Origin: Spirochaetia bacterium
GTDB taxonomy: Bacteria; Spirochaetota; Spirochaetia; DSM-2461
Assembly (NCBI GenBank): GCA_963668315.1
Contig: OY764216.1
Location: forward strand, 3,104,001-3,168,000
Direction of reading: 5' to 3'
Length of the DNA: 64,000 bases
Shown here: positions 1 through 9,249 of the stretch, piece after piece
How positions within the stretch are numbered: position 1 is the stretch's first letter
Layout of the letters: the number at the start of each line of letters is the position of its first letter
Made by a program: the position numbers and the translations under genes
The notes under the pieces: model-generated
What the model saw: only the letters and a program-made list of their open reading frames with translations
The model's database searches: none
Told to the model about the DNA's origin: nothing

Positions 1-2
1 GA

Positions 3-647
3 AATGATACTCCCCTTGTCCCCGATCCGCTTAATGCTCTGAACCTAATAAGGGAAGGTGTTCAGCCCGTCGCCGATAGCTATATCAGAACGGAGACAGC
101 CCGCGGAGAGGTGGATTACGCCTTAAATGTGGTCAGCTTCGGTCTCGACGCCTATGTCTGTCTCCTCCTGGAAAGATGGAAGGGTAAGGTCAAAGGGGAT
201 ATCTACAAAGTCATGGTTGACCTTTCCACTCTGCTCTATGATTTCTATCACCGCACCAGAGTCTCCCGGCTGACTTTGTTCGTCAGGGAAGGGGATTCCG
301 GGGACGTCCATCCCGTGAGGATTGAGAAAAGGATACTTATCAATGTATTCGGCCGCCGGGGGCTGACGACCTACGGGGGAGGGAAGAAAATTCTGCCCGG
401 TCCGGAAAATCATCTTGTAACAGGCATGTTGCGCCTGCCCGGAAGGATTATGCTGAAGGGGCTTTTTATGAAAGGGCGGCACTGGCCGGGAGGAAGGCGG
501 GTCAGTTTTTTCAGGACCGAGAAGATGGTTCTCGATTACCCCGCCCCTCTGCTCATGGAACTGGACGGGGAAGTCGTCTATTTGCAAAAGAATGATTTTC
601 CCATAACCCTTACCATCGTTGAAGGGGAGATCCACGTTCTGAACTGA
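3..647 (+). CDS. Diacylglycerol/lipid kinase family protein, 5' truncated by window
   Basis: Frame is open from base 3 (NDTPL...). Motifs NVVSFGLDA and ELDGE match the DAGK/YegS C-terminal half. Confidence 0.7.
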   Translation, partial: NDTPLVPDPLNALNLIREGVQPVADSYIRTETARGEVDYALNVVSFGLDAYVCLLLERWKGKVKGDIYKVMVDLSTLLYDFYHRTRVSRLTLFVREGDSGDVHPVRIEKRILINVFGRRGLTTYGGGKKILPGPENHLVTGMLRLPGRIMLKGLFMKGRHWPGGRRVSFFRTEKMVLDYPAPLLMELDGEVVYLQKNDFPITLTIVEGEIHVLN

Positions 648-659
648 TCAGATATTTCC

Positions 660-1301
660 TTATTCCGTTGGCGTTTGACTGTCTATCCTGTAGGAAGAGA
701 GATAGTTTTTCAGTAATCTTTCAACAAGATCTCGGATATTGAAATCCCCGTCGGAAACACACCACTCATAAATGCAGCCCTTCTCTATGGTGCATAAGTC
801 ATCGGCCAGCCGCTGAGCCGGGATCGTGTCGGCGAGAATCCCCCGTTTTTGTGCTTCAAGGATATAATTTATCGCAACGGCCATGGAGGGGAGGCTGGAT
901 TTTCCCTCGTGATCGATCAGTTGCCTCATATCCATACTTCTGTTGAAGGGGGTATAGAAATTTCTAATAAAATCCAGACCCTGCTCCTGACAGAATTCCG
1001 AGTAGAGGACAAAGAAAAGCAGAATATTGTCCAGAATATTCTCCTTCGGCGTCAATTTCCCTTCCTGAGAGAATTTCCTGTATGCTTCGAAGAAAAAATT
1101 GGACATAAGATCATCTTTGCTTTTAAAGTAATGGTAAAAGCTTCCCGTCGAGACGTCTGCAAGTTTGCATATATTTTTTACCGTGATGTATTCATAGCCG
1201 TACTCTTTGAGTAGATCCATGGCTGCGTTATATATGGACTCTTTTATCTGTTGACTTCTGATGGAACGCGGTACAGAAACTGACTTATTGTTTGATGACA
1301 T
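660..1301 (-). CDS. TetR/AcrR family transcriptional regulator
   Basis: N-terminal HTH GYEYITVKNICKLADVSTGSFYHYFKSKDDL. Confidence 0.92.
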   Translation of the reverse strand: MSSNNKSVSVPRSIRSQQIKESIYNAAMDLLKEYGYEYITVKNICKLADVSTGSFYHYFKSKDDLMSNFFFEAYRKFSQEGKLTPKENILDNILLFFVLYSEFCQEQGLDFIRNFYTPFNRSMDMRQLIDHEGKSSLPSMAVAINYILEAQKRGILADTIPAQRLADDLCTIEKGCIYEWCVSDGDFNIRDLVERLLKNYLSSYRIDSQTPTE

Positions 1302-1368
1302 GTATTTCCCAGCTTACTTTTATCAAAATCATAACTGATAAATCGAATGAAGTCAATTTGAGATAAAA

Positions 1369-1384
1369 CTAGAACGCGTTCTAG
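1369..1384. promoter_or_regulatory. Perfect 16-bp palindrome, candidate TetR operator
   Basis: CTAGAACGCGTTCTAG between divergent tetR and reductase genes. Confidence 0.55.
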
Positions 1385-1470
1385 AATGTATACGTAATAG
1401 TAATAGAAAGGTATTGACATTAATTAGATAAAAGATTATTGATTTTAAAAAAAAGTTCAGGAGAAAACTC

Positions 1471-3243
1471 ATGAAAAAATTTTTCGCTCTATTGGCTCTT
1501 CTGGCCATTCTGTCCGGCTTTGGTTCGTGCCGTTCGGATAAGGCCATGATACCCGGGACATACAGCTCTACTGTCTCATCTATGAAAGGCGACATGACCG
1601 TCCATGTCACAGTAGATGAAAACTCGATCACCGGGATTGAGATTGACACGGTCGATACGGTTCAGGTTGTGCAAGCGGTCATAGATCATCTGATTCCGGA
1701 GATTATTGAGAAACAGAGCATTGCTGTTGATTCCGTTACCGGTGCGACCGTCTCCAGTTCTGTCCTGAAATGGGGGGTGGAAAAATGCCTGGAGCAGGCG
1801 GGTGCCGATACCGAGGCATATAAAAAGGTCTTTCCTGTGGAGAGGACTACGGGGTATCAGGAAGAAAAGACCGTAGTCGTTGTCGGCTCGGGAGCTGCAG
1901 GATTGTCCACGGCCATTCAGCTGGCAAAAGACGGTGTTGAGGATGTTGTCCTTTTGGAAAAGCTCGGATATTTCGGGGGCACATCGGCCCATTCATCCGG
2001 GGGCGCCTGGGTTGTCGGGGGAAGCGAATTCAATAAAATGACGGGATTTGACTACAACCCCGATGAACTTGTCGCGCATATGTACGCGACGACAGGGGCG
2101 GAACCGGGGACATTGAATGAAGAGCTGATTCGGAATGTTGCGGAAGTGTCCGCCGATGTCTTCTCCGATTATGTGGATATGGGAGCTCCCTGGGATCTGA
2201 CGAGATACACATTCGGCGACAATCTGAATGAAATGCCCGTCTGCTGGGTCAAATCGTTTTATGATACACCCTGGGAATCGGGTGCGGGAAGAACTCTGAC
2301 CGATTTCCTTATCGATAGGGCGAAGGAGTACGGGGTGGAGCTCCGACTGAATTCAAAGGCGACAGAGCTTGTGTATTCCGACGGTAAAGTCAGCGGTGTT
2401 GTTGTGGAAGACAGGGACAAGGAGTACAGCATCAAGGCTCAAAAAGTCGTCCTGGCAACGGGCGGTTTTCAGCGTAACTCCCAGCTGGTGGAGGAACTGG
2501 CAGGGGAGTATACAGAGATGGTCCCCTTTACCGGAGCCGGAAGTACCGGAGACGGAATTCTCATGGCCAGGGAACTCGGCGCGGAAACGGTCGGTTATGG
2601 TATCGGCGGTGCCAGGGGGCTGGATGAAAGATTCGGCTATCAGGGACATCTGGGCGTTCTTGTATGGCTTGTGGGGCCCCTTGTCAATAAAAACGGCGTG
2701 AGATTTGCCGCAGAAACGGATCATTACTCCTATAGCCCCGCTCAGCTTGTCTCTCAGCCCGATGCAATCAGTTTTGGGATAACCGACAGCCGCAACGCTA
2801 TGATTGATTCTCTGGAAGAAGCGGTGGAACTCAACTATGTGGTCAAGGCCGATACGCTGGAAGAGCTGGCGGATAAGCTGGGAATTGATACGAAGACCTT
2901 TACGGATACCATAGCAAGATACAATGCCGCCGCCGAATCGGGAGAAGATGATCCTGATTTTGGAGTTGTGAACAACGCCCTTGTCCCGGTTGTAGAAGCC
3001 CCTTTCTATGCGGTCAAGACGAAAGCCGTGACTTCCTTCAGTCTTGCCGGACTGAAAACGGATGGATTCTGCCGTATCCTCAACAAGGAGGGGCAGCCCA
3101 TACCTAATCTTTACGGAGCGGGTGAGCTAATTAGCGGAAACATGTTTTACGGAACCTATTCCGGCTCCGGCTCGCAGGTGGGAAGTGCTATCTATGAAGG
3201 GAAAATAATCGCCGATTCCATTACTGAAGAATTAGGTCTTTAG
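1471..3243 (+). CDS. Exported FMN-binding + FAD-dependent reductase (flavocytochrome c / fumarate reductase-like), probable lipoprotein
   Basis: Signal peptide ending GFGSC; flavinylation motif DSVTGATVSS; GSGAAG FAD motif; LATGGF, STGDG and NLYGAGE. Confidence 0.85.
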   Translation: MKKFFALLALLAILSGFGSCRSDKAMIPGTYSSTVSSMKGDMTVHVTVDENSITGIEIDTVDTVQVVQAVIDHLIPEIIEKQSIAVDSVTGATVSSSVLKWGVEKCLEQAGADTEAYKKVFPVERTTGYQEEKTVVVVGSGAAGLSTAIQLAKDGVEDVVLLEKLGYFGGTSAHSSGGAWVVGGSEFNKMTGFDYNPDELVAHMYATTGAEPGTLNEELIRNVAEVSADVFSDYVDMGAPWDLTRYTFGDNLNEMPVCWVKSFYDTPWESGAGRTLTDFLIDRAKEYGVELRLNSKATELVYSDGKVSGVVVEDRDKEYSIKAQKVVLATGGFQRNSQLVEELAGEYTEMVPFTGAGSTGDGILMARELGAETVGYGIGGARGLDERFGYQGHLGVLVWLVGPLVNKNGVRFAAETDHYSYSPAQLVSQPDAISFGITDSRNAMIDSLEEAVELNYVVKADTLEELADKLGIDTKTFTDTIARYNAAAESGEDDPDFGVVNNALVPVVEAPFYAVKTKAVTSFSLAGLKTDGFCRILNKEGQPIPNLYGAGELISGNMFYGTYSGSGSQVGSAIYEGKIIADSITEELGL

Positions 3244-3267
3244 TAAGTTTTAAGATAATCCATAAAA

Positions 3268-3308
3268 TAAAAAACCGACGGACAGGCATCCCCTCCGTCG
3301 GTTTTTTT
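3268..3308. terminator. Bidirectional intrinsic terminator
   Basis: AAAAAACCGACGGA...TCCGTCGGTTTTTTT between convergent genes. Confidence 0.8.
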
Positions 3309-3329
3309 ATTCCCGTCTTATGGGGATTC

Positions 3330-4337
3330 TCAATCCACCATCTCATTGCCCACTTTGCGGGCTCTGACCGGTTTATCCAGATTGATGTTAAGGGCCAGGC
3401 CGATCTCCACAAGGAGATTCCATCCGGCAGCCAGCTCGATATAGGGGTTCAGATCTCCTCCCTCGGGAAGGATCAGGGTGGGGAAGAGCGTTTCTTTTCT
3501 CGACAGGGCGATGATGGGAAGTCCCACTCCCTGTTTCAATACCTCTTCGAACTTCTTTTCCTCTTCCTCGAAGGGAGATACAGCGATCAGGGCCTCTCTG
3601 TCGGACATGACTTCTTCGATGCCGTGGGCGGCGTAGGTCCCTTCCAGAAAATCCGATTTTTTCCGGGTGATCTCATTGGTTTTAAGCCTGAGCTCTTCGG
3701 CGGCGCCGTTGTTTCTGCCCGCCCAGTAGAGGAGTTCCGCCTTGCAGAGCGTGTCGGTGATCTCCCCGGGAACGGGAAGGGAGAGGGCTTCTTCCAGAAG
3801 ATCGGCCAGTCTGGCGAGGTCGGGCAGGGGAAGACCGTTTTTATGGCGGAAGAGAATATCATAGTAGAGAGCCTGTTCCACCACCGATTTCGTGGCGGCT
3901 ACCGCTTCTTCCTTGCCGCAGGTCAGGAGATAGCCGAAATCCGCTTCGCCAATGATGGGAGTTCCCGCACCGGCAACGATACCGCCGATGTTCCGGTGTC
4001 CCTTTTCACGCTGCGTACGGAGAAGGCGGACTCCTTCCTTGGTCCTTCCCGAGTTGGACGCTACAAACACGGTATGATCTGCCAGTTTGTATTCCAGAGC
4101 CTGGGTGGAGCCTTCCGTTACGATTCTCTGGGAGTAGCCCAGGCGCAGACTGTTGTAGATCGTATTCTTGGCGGGGAAAATCCGTGAAGAACCTTCTCCG
4201 GAAAGCAGAACCTTGTCTTTGACTTTGTCCCCGTCGGCCATGATGGGGTTCATATCCAGATTTTTAACCACATCGATGGTTTCCCACATCTCCCGGCAAA
4301 GGGCGTAATCGGTATATTTTGTATCCTTGTTATTCAT
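3330..4337 (-). CDS. SIS-domain sugar-phosphate isomerase/deaminase (GlmS C-terminal-like)
   Basis: GEGSS, SNSGRTKE, EEAVAATKS, HGIEE and C-terminal LDKPVRARKV motifs. Confidence 0.8.
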   Translation of the reverse strand: MNNKDTKYTDYALCREMWETIDVVKNLDMNPIMADGDKVKDKVLLSGEGSSRIFPAKNTIYNSLRLGYSQRIVTEGSTQALEYKLADHTVFVASNSGRTKEGVRLLRTQREKGHRNIGGIVAGAGTPIIGEADFGYLLTCGKEEAVAATKSVVEQALYYDILFRHKNGLPLPDLARLADLLEEALSLPVPGEITDTLCKAELLYWAGRNNGAAEELRLKTNEITRKKSDFLEGTYAAHGIEEVMSDREALIAVSPFEEEEKKFEEVLKQGVGLPIIALSRKETLFPTLILPEGGDLNPYIELAAGWNLLVEIGLALNINLDKPVRARKVGNEMVD

Positions 4338-5112
4338 TTATCTCTCCTCTGTTATCGATAATATAGTCCTTAAGAAGTTCCTGTATGAGGGGGGTGTTCT
4401 TGAATCCCCCGCCCAGATGCTGCCAGTAGAGCTCGGCGAAGGGAACGCCCGCCTCTTTTCCTATCTCCCGGTTATATTCACGGCAGTATTCGAAGAAATT
4501 ATCCATCCCATGCATCTTTTTCATCAGGTCGATTTGCGATTGGTGATGGGTGAGCATCGCCATTTTGCTCTCCATGACATCCGTAATGTTCAGGTAGAAA
4601 TGGGGACGGGGCAGGGGAAAACCCAGCGTATCGGTCAGGGTCAGCGGCGCCGTCCTGTAGAACAGGGGGGTAATATCAAGGGCTTCCTCACCGCACTCCA
4701 CGTTGGGCAGGGTAGAAAGGAGGCAGGCCGTCTCGGTGATGGCCCCCGTCGTCCTGTGGTCCGAATGGTAGTCGAAGGGAACATGGGAAAGAACAATTCC
4801 CGGGCGTACCCTGCGGATCAGGGCGATGGTCTTCAGACGCATCTCTTCCGTATCGAAAAGGAAGCCGTCCGGTGCCCCCAGACAGTAAAAAACGCCACCC
4901 AGTTCGGCGGCTGCCCCCCTGGCCTCCTCAAAGCGGCAGGATGCCGTCTCGTCGGCGGTCATGCCTATACCCCCCTGACGGCCGTCCGTCATGGAAGCGA
5001 CCGTTACGGTGTATCCCTTTTTCTTCATAAGGGCCAGAAGTCCGGCGCACCACGATTCCGTGTCGTCCGGATGGGCCTGAATGCACAAGACGTGCTTATT
5101 GTATTTATCCAT
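4330..5112 (-). CDS. PIG-L/LmbE family N-acetylhexosamine deacetylase
   Basis: AHPDD, RxxE, HSDH and HQSQ motifs; start set at MDKYNK after a GAGGA RBS. Confidence 0.88.
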   Translation of the reverse strand: MDKYNKHVLCIQAHPDDTESWCAGLLALMKKKGYTVTVASMTDGRQGGIGMTADETASCRFEEARGAAAELGGVFYCLGAPDGFLFDTEEMRLKTIALIRRVRPGIVLSHVPFDYHSDHRTTGAITETACLLSTLPNVECGEEALDITPLFYRTAPLTLTDTLGFPLPRPHFYLNITDVMESKMAMLTHHQSQIDLMKKMHGMDNFFEYCREYNREIGKEAGVPFAELYWQHLGGGFKNTPLIQELLKDYIIDNRGEINE

Positions 5113-5113
5113 C

Positions 5114-6322
5114 TCAGTCCTCCCTGTGGAATACCGGTTCAAGCCGGGTAAAGCGGGGCAGATCCCCGATAAGGGGCCGCAGATAGGCGATGCACTCCTC
5201 AGTGACATCATTCCCCCGGTCGTTTATATAGGACGGGGGCATGGCTTTGGCCCGGACCGCCGTTTCGGAAAGGGGGACCTTGGTGTATTCGATTTCATAC
5301 TCCGCTCCCCCTTTTCTTTCCATGGAGACCATGTAGCCCGTTTCACCGGCGAGGGCCAGCTCCACCCCTTTAACACCGCATAGACGGGCTTCCTCCCGGT
5401 CCCTTTCGGTAACTCTGTCCACGGCGCTCATGGGAAGGGATTCGGTAATCTGGAATTCACCCCGCCAGCCGGTGGCTTCGGAAAGAATCTTATGAACATT
5501 GAGGCCTACGGAAGCGCCGCCCATGGCTCCGAACTCGGTATTGCTGAATTTATCCTGGGTGGAAGCCGCCGAAACGGGAGTCCCGTCTTCATAGAGCAGC
5601 CCTTCCGACACGACCACGGACACCCATCCGTACTTCTCTACGCACTTACGGGCATCCTCCAGAAACTCCTCCCTGTTGAAGGGCCGTTCGGGCATGTAGA
5701 TAAGATGGGGGGCGTCCCCTTCTTTATCCCTGGCCAGAGCGGCAGCCGCGGCAAGCCAGCCCGCTTCCCTTCCTATCGTCTGATACACGACGAACTGGTC
5801 TACCTTGAGCATATCCCGGGCCAGCTGTCCTGCTTCCTTGACGCAGAGAGCGTTATACCGGCCGGCCGAAGGGAAGCCGGGGGTGTGGTCGGTTCCGTAA
5901 AGGTCGTTATCCACCGTTTTGGGAATTCCGATTCCTCCCAATTCCCAGCCTTCCCGGCGGCAGTAGGCTTCCACCCTATGAATGGTGTCCATGGTGTCGT
6001 TTCCGCCGATGAGGAAAAAATACCTGATGTTATATTTCCTGAACAGCTCAAGAATACGGGGAAGATCATCATCTTTTACCTTATACCGGCAGGAACCGAG
6101 AGCCGACCCGGGAGTCGTGAGAAGACCTTCGACCGTCTCCCGGCTCTGGGCGGAAAGATCGTAAATCTTCTCTTCCAGGAACCCTTCGATTCCGTAATGC
6201 ATGCCGAGAATCTTTCCTATCTCATCGGCCTGGGATGCTCTTTCGATCAGTCCTGCCAATGAAGCGTTGATTACCGATGTCGGTCCGCCCGACTGCCCCA
6301 GAAGGGCGTTTCCCTTTATCAT
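5114..6322 (-). CDS. Phosphofructokinase, probably PPi-dependent
   Basis: GQSGGPTSVIN; GGNDT (Asp typical of PPi type); PKTVDNDL. Confidence 0.88.
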   Translation of the reverse strand: MIKGNALLGQSGGPTSVINASLAGLIERASQADEIGKILGMHYGIEGFLEEKIYDLSAQSRETVEGLLTTPGSALGSCRYKVKDDDLPRILELFRKYNIRYFFLIGGNDTMDTIHRVEAYCRREGWELGGIGIPKTVDNDLYGTDHTPGFPSAGRYNALCVKEAGQLARDMLKVDQFVVYQTIGREAGWLAAAAALARDKEGDAPHLIYMPERPFNREEFLEDARKCVEKYGWVSVVVSEGLLYEDGTPVSAASTQDKFSNTEFGAMGGASVGLNVHKILSEATGWRGEFQITESLPMSAVDRVTERDREEARLCGVKGVELALAGETGYMVSMERKGGAEYEIEYTKVPLSETAVRAKAMPPSYINDRGNDVTEECIAYLRPLIGDLPRFTRLEPVFHRED

Positions 6323-7407
6323 CTATTATCCTCCCGGGAATCCGCACCAGGCAGATTATCCCATTTGATGGTTTCCAAGTGGTTATTTTCACATCCCGGC
6401 GGGGCCGGGGCGTATAACTGGTCTAAAAAAAGAAGGGCACTGCCCCGGGCCGCTTCATAGGGGCTGTCATGACTGAACCGGATGAGACAGTCCGGAGGAG
6501 CGAAGCGGTTGATGGCTTCGTTATCTCTTTCAAGGGTGGCGAGTTCTCCCCCGATATGGAAAATCTCCGGATCAAGGAGATACAGGGTATTCTCAAAGGA
6601 GGCCAGAAGGGCGTTCAGATAGTCCTTCTCCTCATCTCTGGTAAGGAGAGCCAGGGATTTTCCGTAAAAGGGAGTGCCTCCCGGCTCCCCTGCAATACAG
6701 TGGCTTCCGTAATAGACCGAACCGTTGAGAATAAGTCCGGAACCGATATCGTCCCGGGCGGTCAACCCCTTTTTTCCGTAGCGGTGGCTGTCACCCCAGA
6801 GGCACAGCATGTTCTTCACTTCCCGGTAGGCATCGCTGTGCAGGAGGGAACGGGCATAGCAGTTGGCATCGTTATCCGCCAGGAGGGGGAGTCCTGCGAT
6901 ATGCCCCGGGAGGGAGATATTCTTCAGGTCCATGGGGGGGGAATCGATAAGAACCGACTGAAAGGGATCGACTGTTCCGGGCAGTGCCAGGGATATGCCG
7001 AGCAAAGGAGGGTAGGAGGAAAAATCCCTGTCTTCAAGGTACCGGCTAACAAATTCCCCCGGCAGGCAATTCTCCTGCCCGTTGACCCTTTCTGTCATCA
7101 GTACCTTTCCGGAAGTATCCAGGAGGGACAAACGGGCTAATCCCGGCTGTATCTCCATGCCCAGTACGGAACCGTAGCTGCCGTTCAGGGAGAGGCAGAC
7201 CGGCCTGCGCCCGCTGTTTTTCGGAGATACCCCCCGCTCCTCCCTGATAATGTTCTTGCTCAGAAGATCATTGATCACGTGGGTGATGGTGGATCTGTCC
7301 ATGGAGAGGGCCCGGGAAATCTCAATGCGGCTCGCCTCTTTTTTCTCACGGATGACCTGAAGGACCCGTGTCTGAGTAATGGCTGATTGTATCTGACCCC
7401 GTTTCAT
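6319..7407 (-). CDS. ROK family transcriptional regulator
   Basis: N-terminal wHTH SRIEISRALSMDRSTIT, SGRRP, then ROK motifs PGTVD, DNDAN, IGSGLILNG, AGE. Confidence 0.88.
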   Translation of the reverse strand: MKRGQIQSAITQTRVLQVIREKKEASRIEISRALSMDRSTITHVINDLLSKNIIREERGVSPKNSGRRPVCLSLNGSYGSVLGMEIQPGLARLSLLDTSGKVLMTERVNGQENCLPGEFVSRYLEDRDFSSYPPLLGISLALPGTVDPFQSVLIDSPPMDLKNISLPGHIAGLPLLADNDANCYARSLLHSDAYREVKNMLCLWGDSHRYGKKGLTARDDIGSGLILNGSVYYGSHCIAGEPGGTPFYGKSLALLTRDEEKDYLNALLASFENTLYLLDPEIFHIGGELATLERDNEAINRFAPPDCLIRFSHDSPYEAARGSALLFLDQLYAPAPPGCENNHLETIKWDNLPGADSREDNR

Positions 7408-7470
7408 ATTATCCCTTATGTTGAATCATTCAACATAAGGGATAATAAAATCCTCAAGCCCCTTTGTCAA
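7408..7470 (-). promoter_or_regulatory. Sigma70 promoter overlapped by a 39-bp perfect palindrome (candidate operator)
   Basis: Minus strand TTGACA-17bp-TATTAT; palindrome ATTATCCCTTATGTTGAAT-C-ATTCAACATAAGGGATAAT at 7408-7446. Confidence 0.7.
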
Positions 7471-7517
7471 TCAATAATCCGTCGATTTACAAAGATGGAA
7501 GAGGATTTTTGGGGAAA

Positions 7518-7886
7518 TTATTTCTGAAAGGACAGTTTGGTTTCGTAATGAATACCGTTATCCCTGTCTATGATCATTTCAAGATCAAGATTGGAAACCC
7601 CTTTCACAAATTTATATTTGCGCCCCGTTTCGTCGCAGGAGAAGGTGAGTTCCACGCCGGAAAGGCTGCCGCCCACGTTGAAATCTTCCACCTTGCCGTC
7701 AAAATCAAAGACGAGTGAACCGTCGGTCATATAGAGCTGAATATTTCCCGTGGAGAAGGTCCATACGGCATTGTACTGTTCGTCGATCCATTTTCCCACG
7801 GGAAAATTTCCCAGATCGATATCTTCCGCCGCAGCAAAAGTGAGGGCGAAAAACGTAAGGGCAAGAAACATGATCAGTTTTTTCAT
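7518..7886 (-). CDS. Secreted hypothetical protein
   Basis: Signal peptide MKKLIMFLALTFFALTFAAA; AGGAG RBS. Confidence 0.75.
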   Translation of the reverse strand: MKKLIMFLALTFFALTFAAAEDIDLGNFPVGKWIDEQYNAVWTFSTGNIQLYMTDGSLVFDFDGKVEDFNVGGSLSGVELTFSCDETGRKYKFVKGVSNLDLEMIIDRDNGIHYETKLSFQK

Positions 7887-7996
7887 TTTATCTCCTAATT
7901 GTTCTTTATGTTTCTTTATTCTAATTCACCCGCCCTCCTATTGCCAGTAAACAGAGCATAATTGAATAATTATGTCCGATTCATTACAATCGGACT

Positions 7997-8632
7997 ATGA
8001 AAGATTATGAAACATATCTGTTTGATATTGACGGAACGCTTCTAGATACGATGGATCTGATATATACCACATACAGGGAAACCCTGCGCCGTTATTCCGG
8101 CCCGTCTCTGACCCGTGAGGAAATCCTGTCGAAGGTCGGAATTCCCCTTCCCGTGCAGATGGGGCTTTTCTTCACAGAACAGGAGGAGAGGCTTCCCGAG
8201 ATTATCCAATATTACCGAGATTATCAGGAAGAGATATACAGGGATGTTCTGAAGACCTTTCCCCGGGTTCCCGAGGTCCTGAAAGAACTGAAGGACAGGG
8301 GAAAAACTCTGGGTGTCGTTACTTCGAGAACTCTGGGATCGTTGACAAAATATTTACGCCACTGTGAGCTGGAAGAGTATTTCCACATTCTCATTACACC
8401 GGAAAAAACATCCCGCCACAAACCCCATCCCGAACCGGTGCTCTGCGCCCTGGAAGAACTGGGATGCGACGGGAAGAAGACTCTCTTTACAGGGGATGCT
8501 TCGGTTGATATGGAAAGCGGCCATGGCGCCGGAACGGATACGGCTTTTGCTCTTTGGGGACCGAATGATCCGGAAAGTCTGAACGTCAAACCGACATGGC
8601 TGCTCTCTTCCATGGATGACCTGTTGGTATAA
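7997..8632 (+). CDS. HAD-IA hydrolase (PpaX/Gph-like phosphatase)
   Basis: FDIDGTLLDT, VVTS, KPHPEP and GDxxxD motifs. Confidence 0.9.
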   Translation: MKDYETYLFDIDGTLLDTMDLIYTTYRETLRRYSGPSLTREEILSKVGIPLPVQMGLFFTEQEERLPEIIQYYRDYQEEIYRDVLKTFPRVPEVLKELKDRGKTLGVVTSRTLGSLTKYLRHCELEEYFHILITPEKTSRHKPHPEPVLCALEELGCDGKKTLFTGDASVDMESGHGAGTDTAFALWGPNDPESLNVKPTWLLSSMDDLLV

Positions 8633-8700
8633 AAAAAATATAAATAAAGAATCCCTTGAAGGGGAGCCTCCTTTTGATGAAAATTATATCAGATAAGAAA

Positions 8701-8800
8701 AGGAGGCGTATATGTTCGATTTTTGCATCAGGGGTGTCCTGTTTTAAGGATATCCGCCGGTTGACCCGGCTTCCTGATAGGGCAGGACATCCTCATCCGC
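8701..8800 (+). promoter_or_regulatory. Leader uORF (MFDFCIRGVLF*, 8712-8747) with pairing segment; candidate attenuator
   Basis: AGGAGG at 8701 precedes ATG 8712; GGGGTGTCCTG can pair with CAGGACATCCT downstream. Confidence 0.5.
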
Positions 8801-8832
8801 TGTTTAAAGAAACACTAATTCAGAGGAAAAAA

Positions 8833-9249
8833 ATGTCCAGAAAAACGATTATCAGAAATAATCCCGGGGAGAGCTTTGTCTGCGGTTCATGCGGCAGGAC
8901 GGTGCTGCCCCTTACATGGGGAGGGAGTCACCGCAATCACTGTCCCCATTGTCTTTCCAGTCTACATGTCGATATTCTTACGGGAGACCGGCGTTCAGGC
9001 TGCCGCGGTCTCATGATACCCATCGGAATATGGATCAAGTCCGACAGGGAAGGAGTTCTTATTCATCGCTGTGAAAAGTGCGGCATGATCAGGACAAACC
9101 GCATCGCTGCCGACGATAATGAGGTCATGCTCATCACGCTTGCCATGGAACCGCTGACGCGGCTGCCCTTTCCGTCCGGAAAGGCGATGGACAAACTTAG
9201 ACAATTAAGCGCAACAGGGGAGGTGCCGAATGGGTCTCTGGGGAAATAG
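8833..9249 (+). CDS. RNHCP domain protein
   Basis: FVCGSCG...HRNHCPHCLSSLHVD...GDR...C.GLM...HRCEKCG...NRIAADD; start after GAGG. Confidence 0.9.
   Translation: MSRKTIIRNNPGESFVCGSCGRTVLPLTWGGSHRNHCPHCLSSLHVDILTGDRRSGCRGLMIPIGIWIKSDREGVLIHRCEKCGMIRTNRIAADDNEVMLITLAMEPLTRLPFPSGKAMDKLRQLSATGEVPNGSLGK

Noticed and set aside
8656..8832. N-terminal extension of the RNHCP ORF
   Set aside because: An RBS precedes ATG 8833; the upstream region is better explained as a leader
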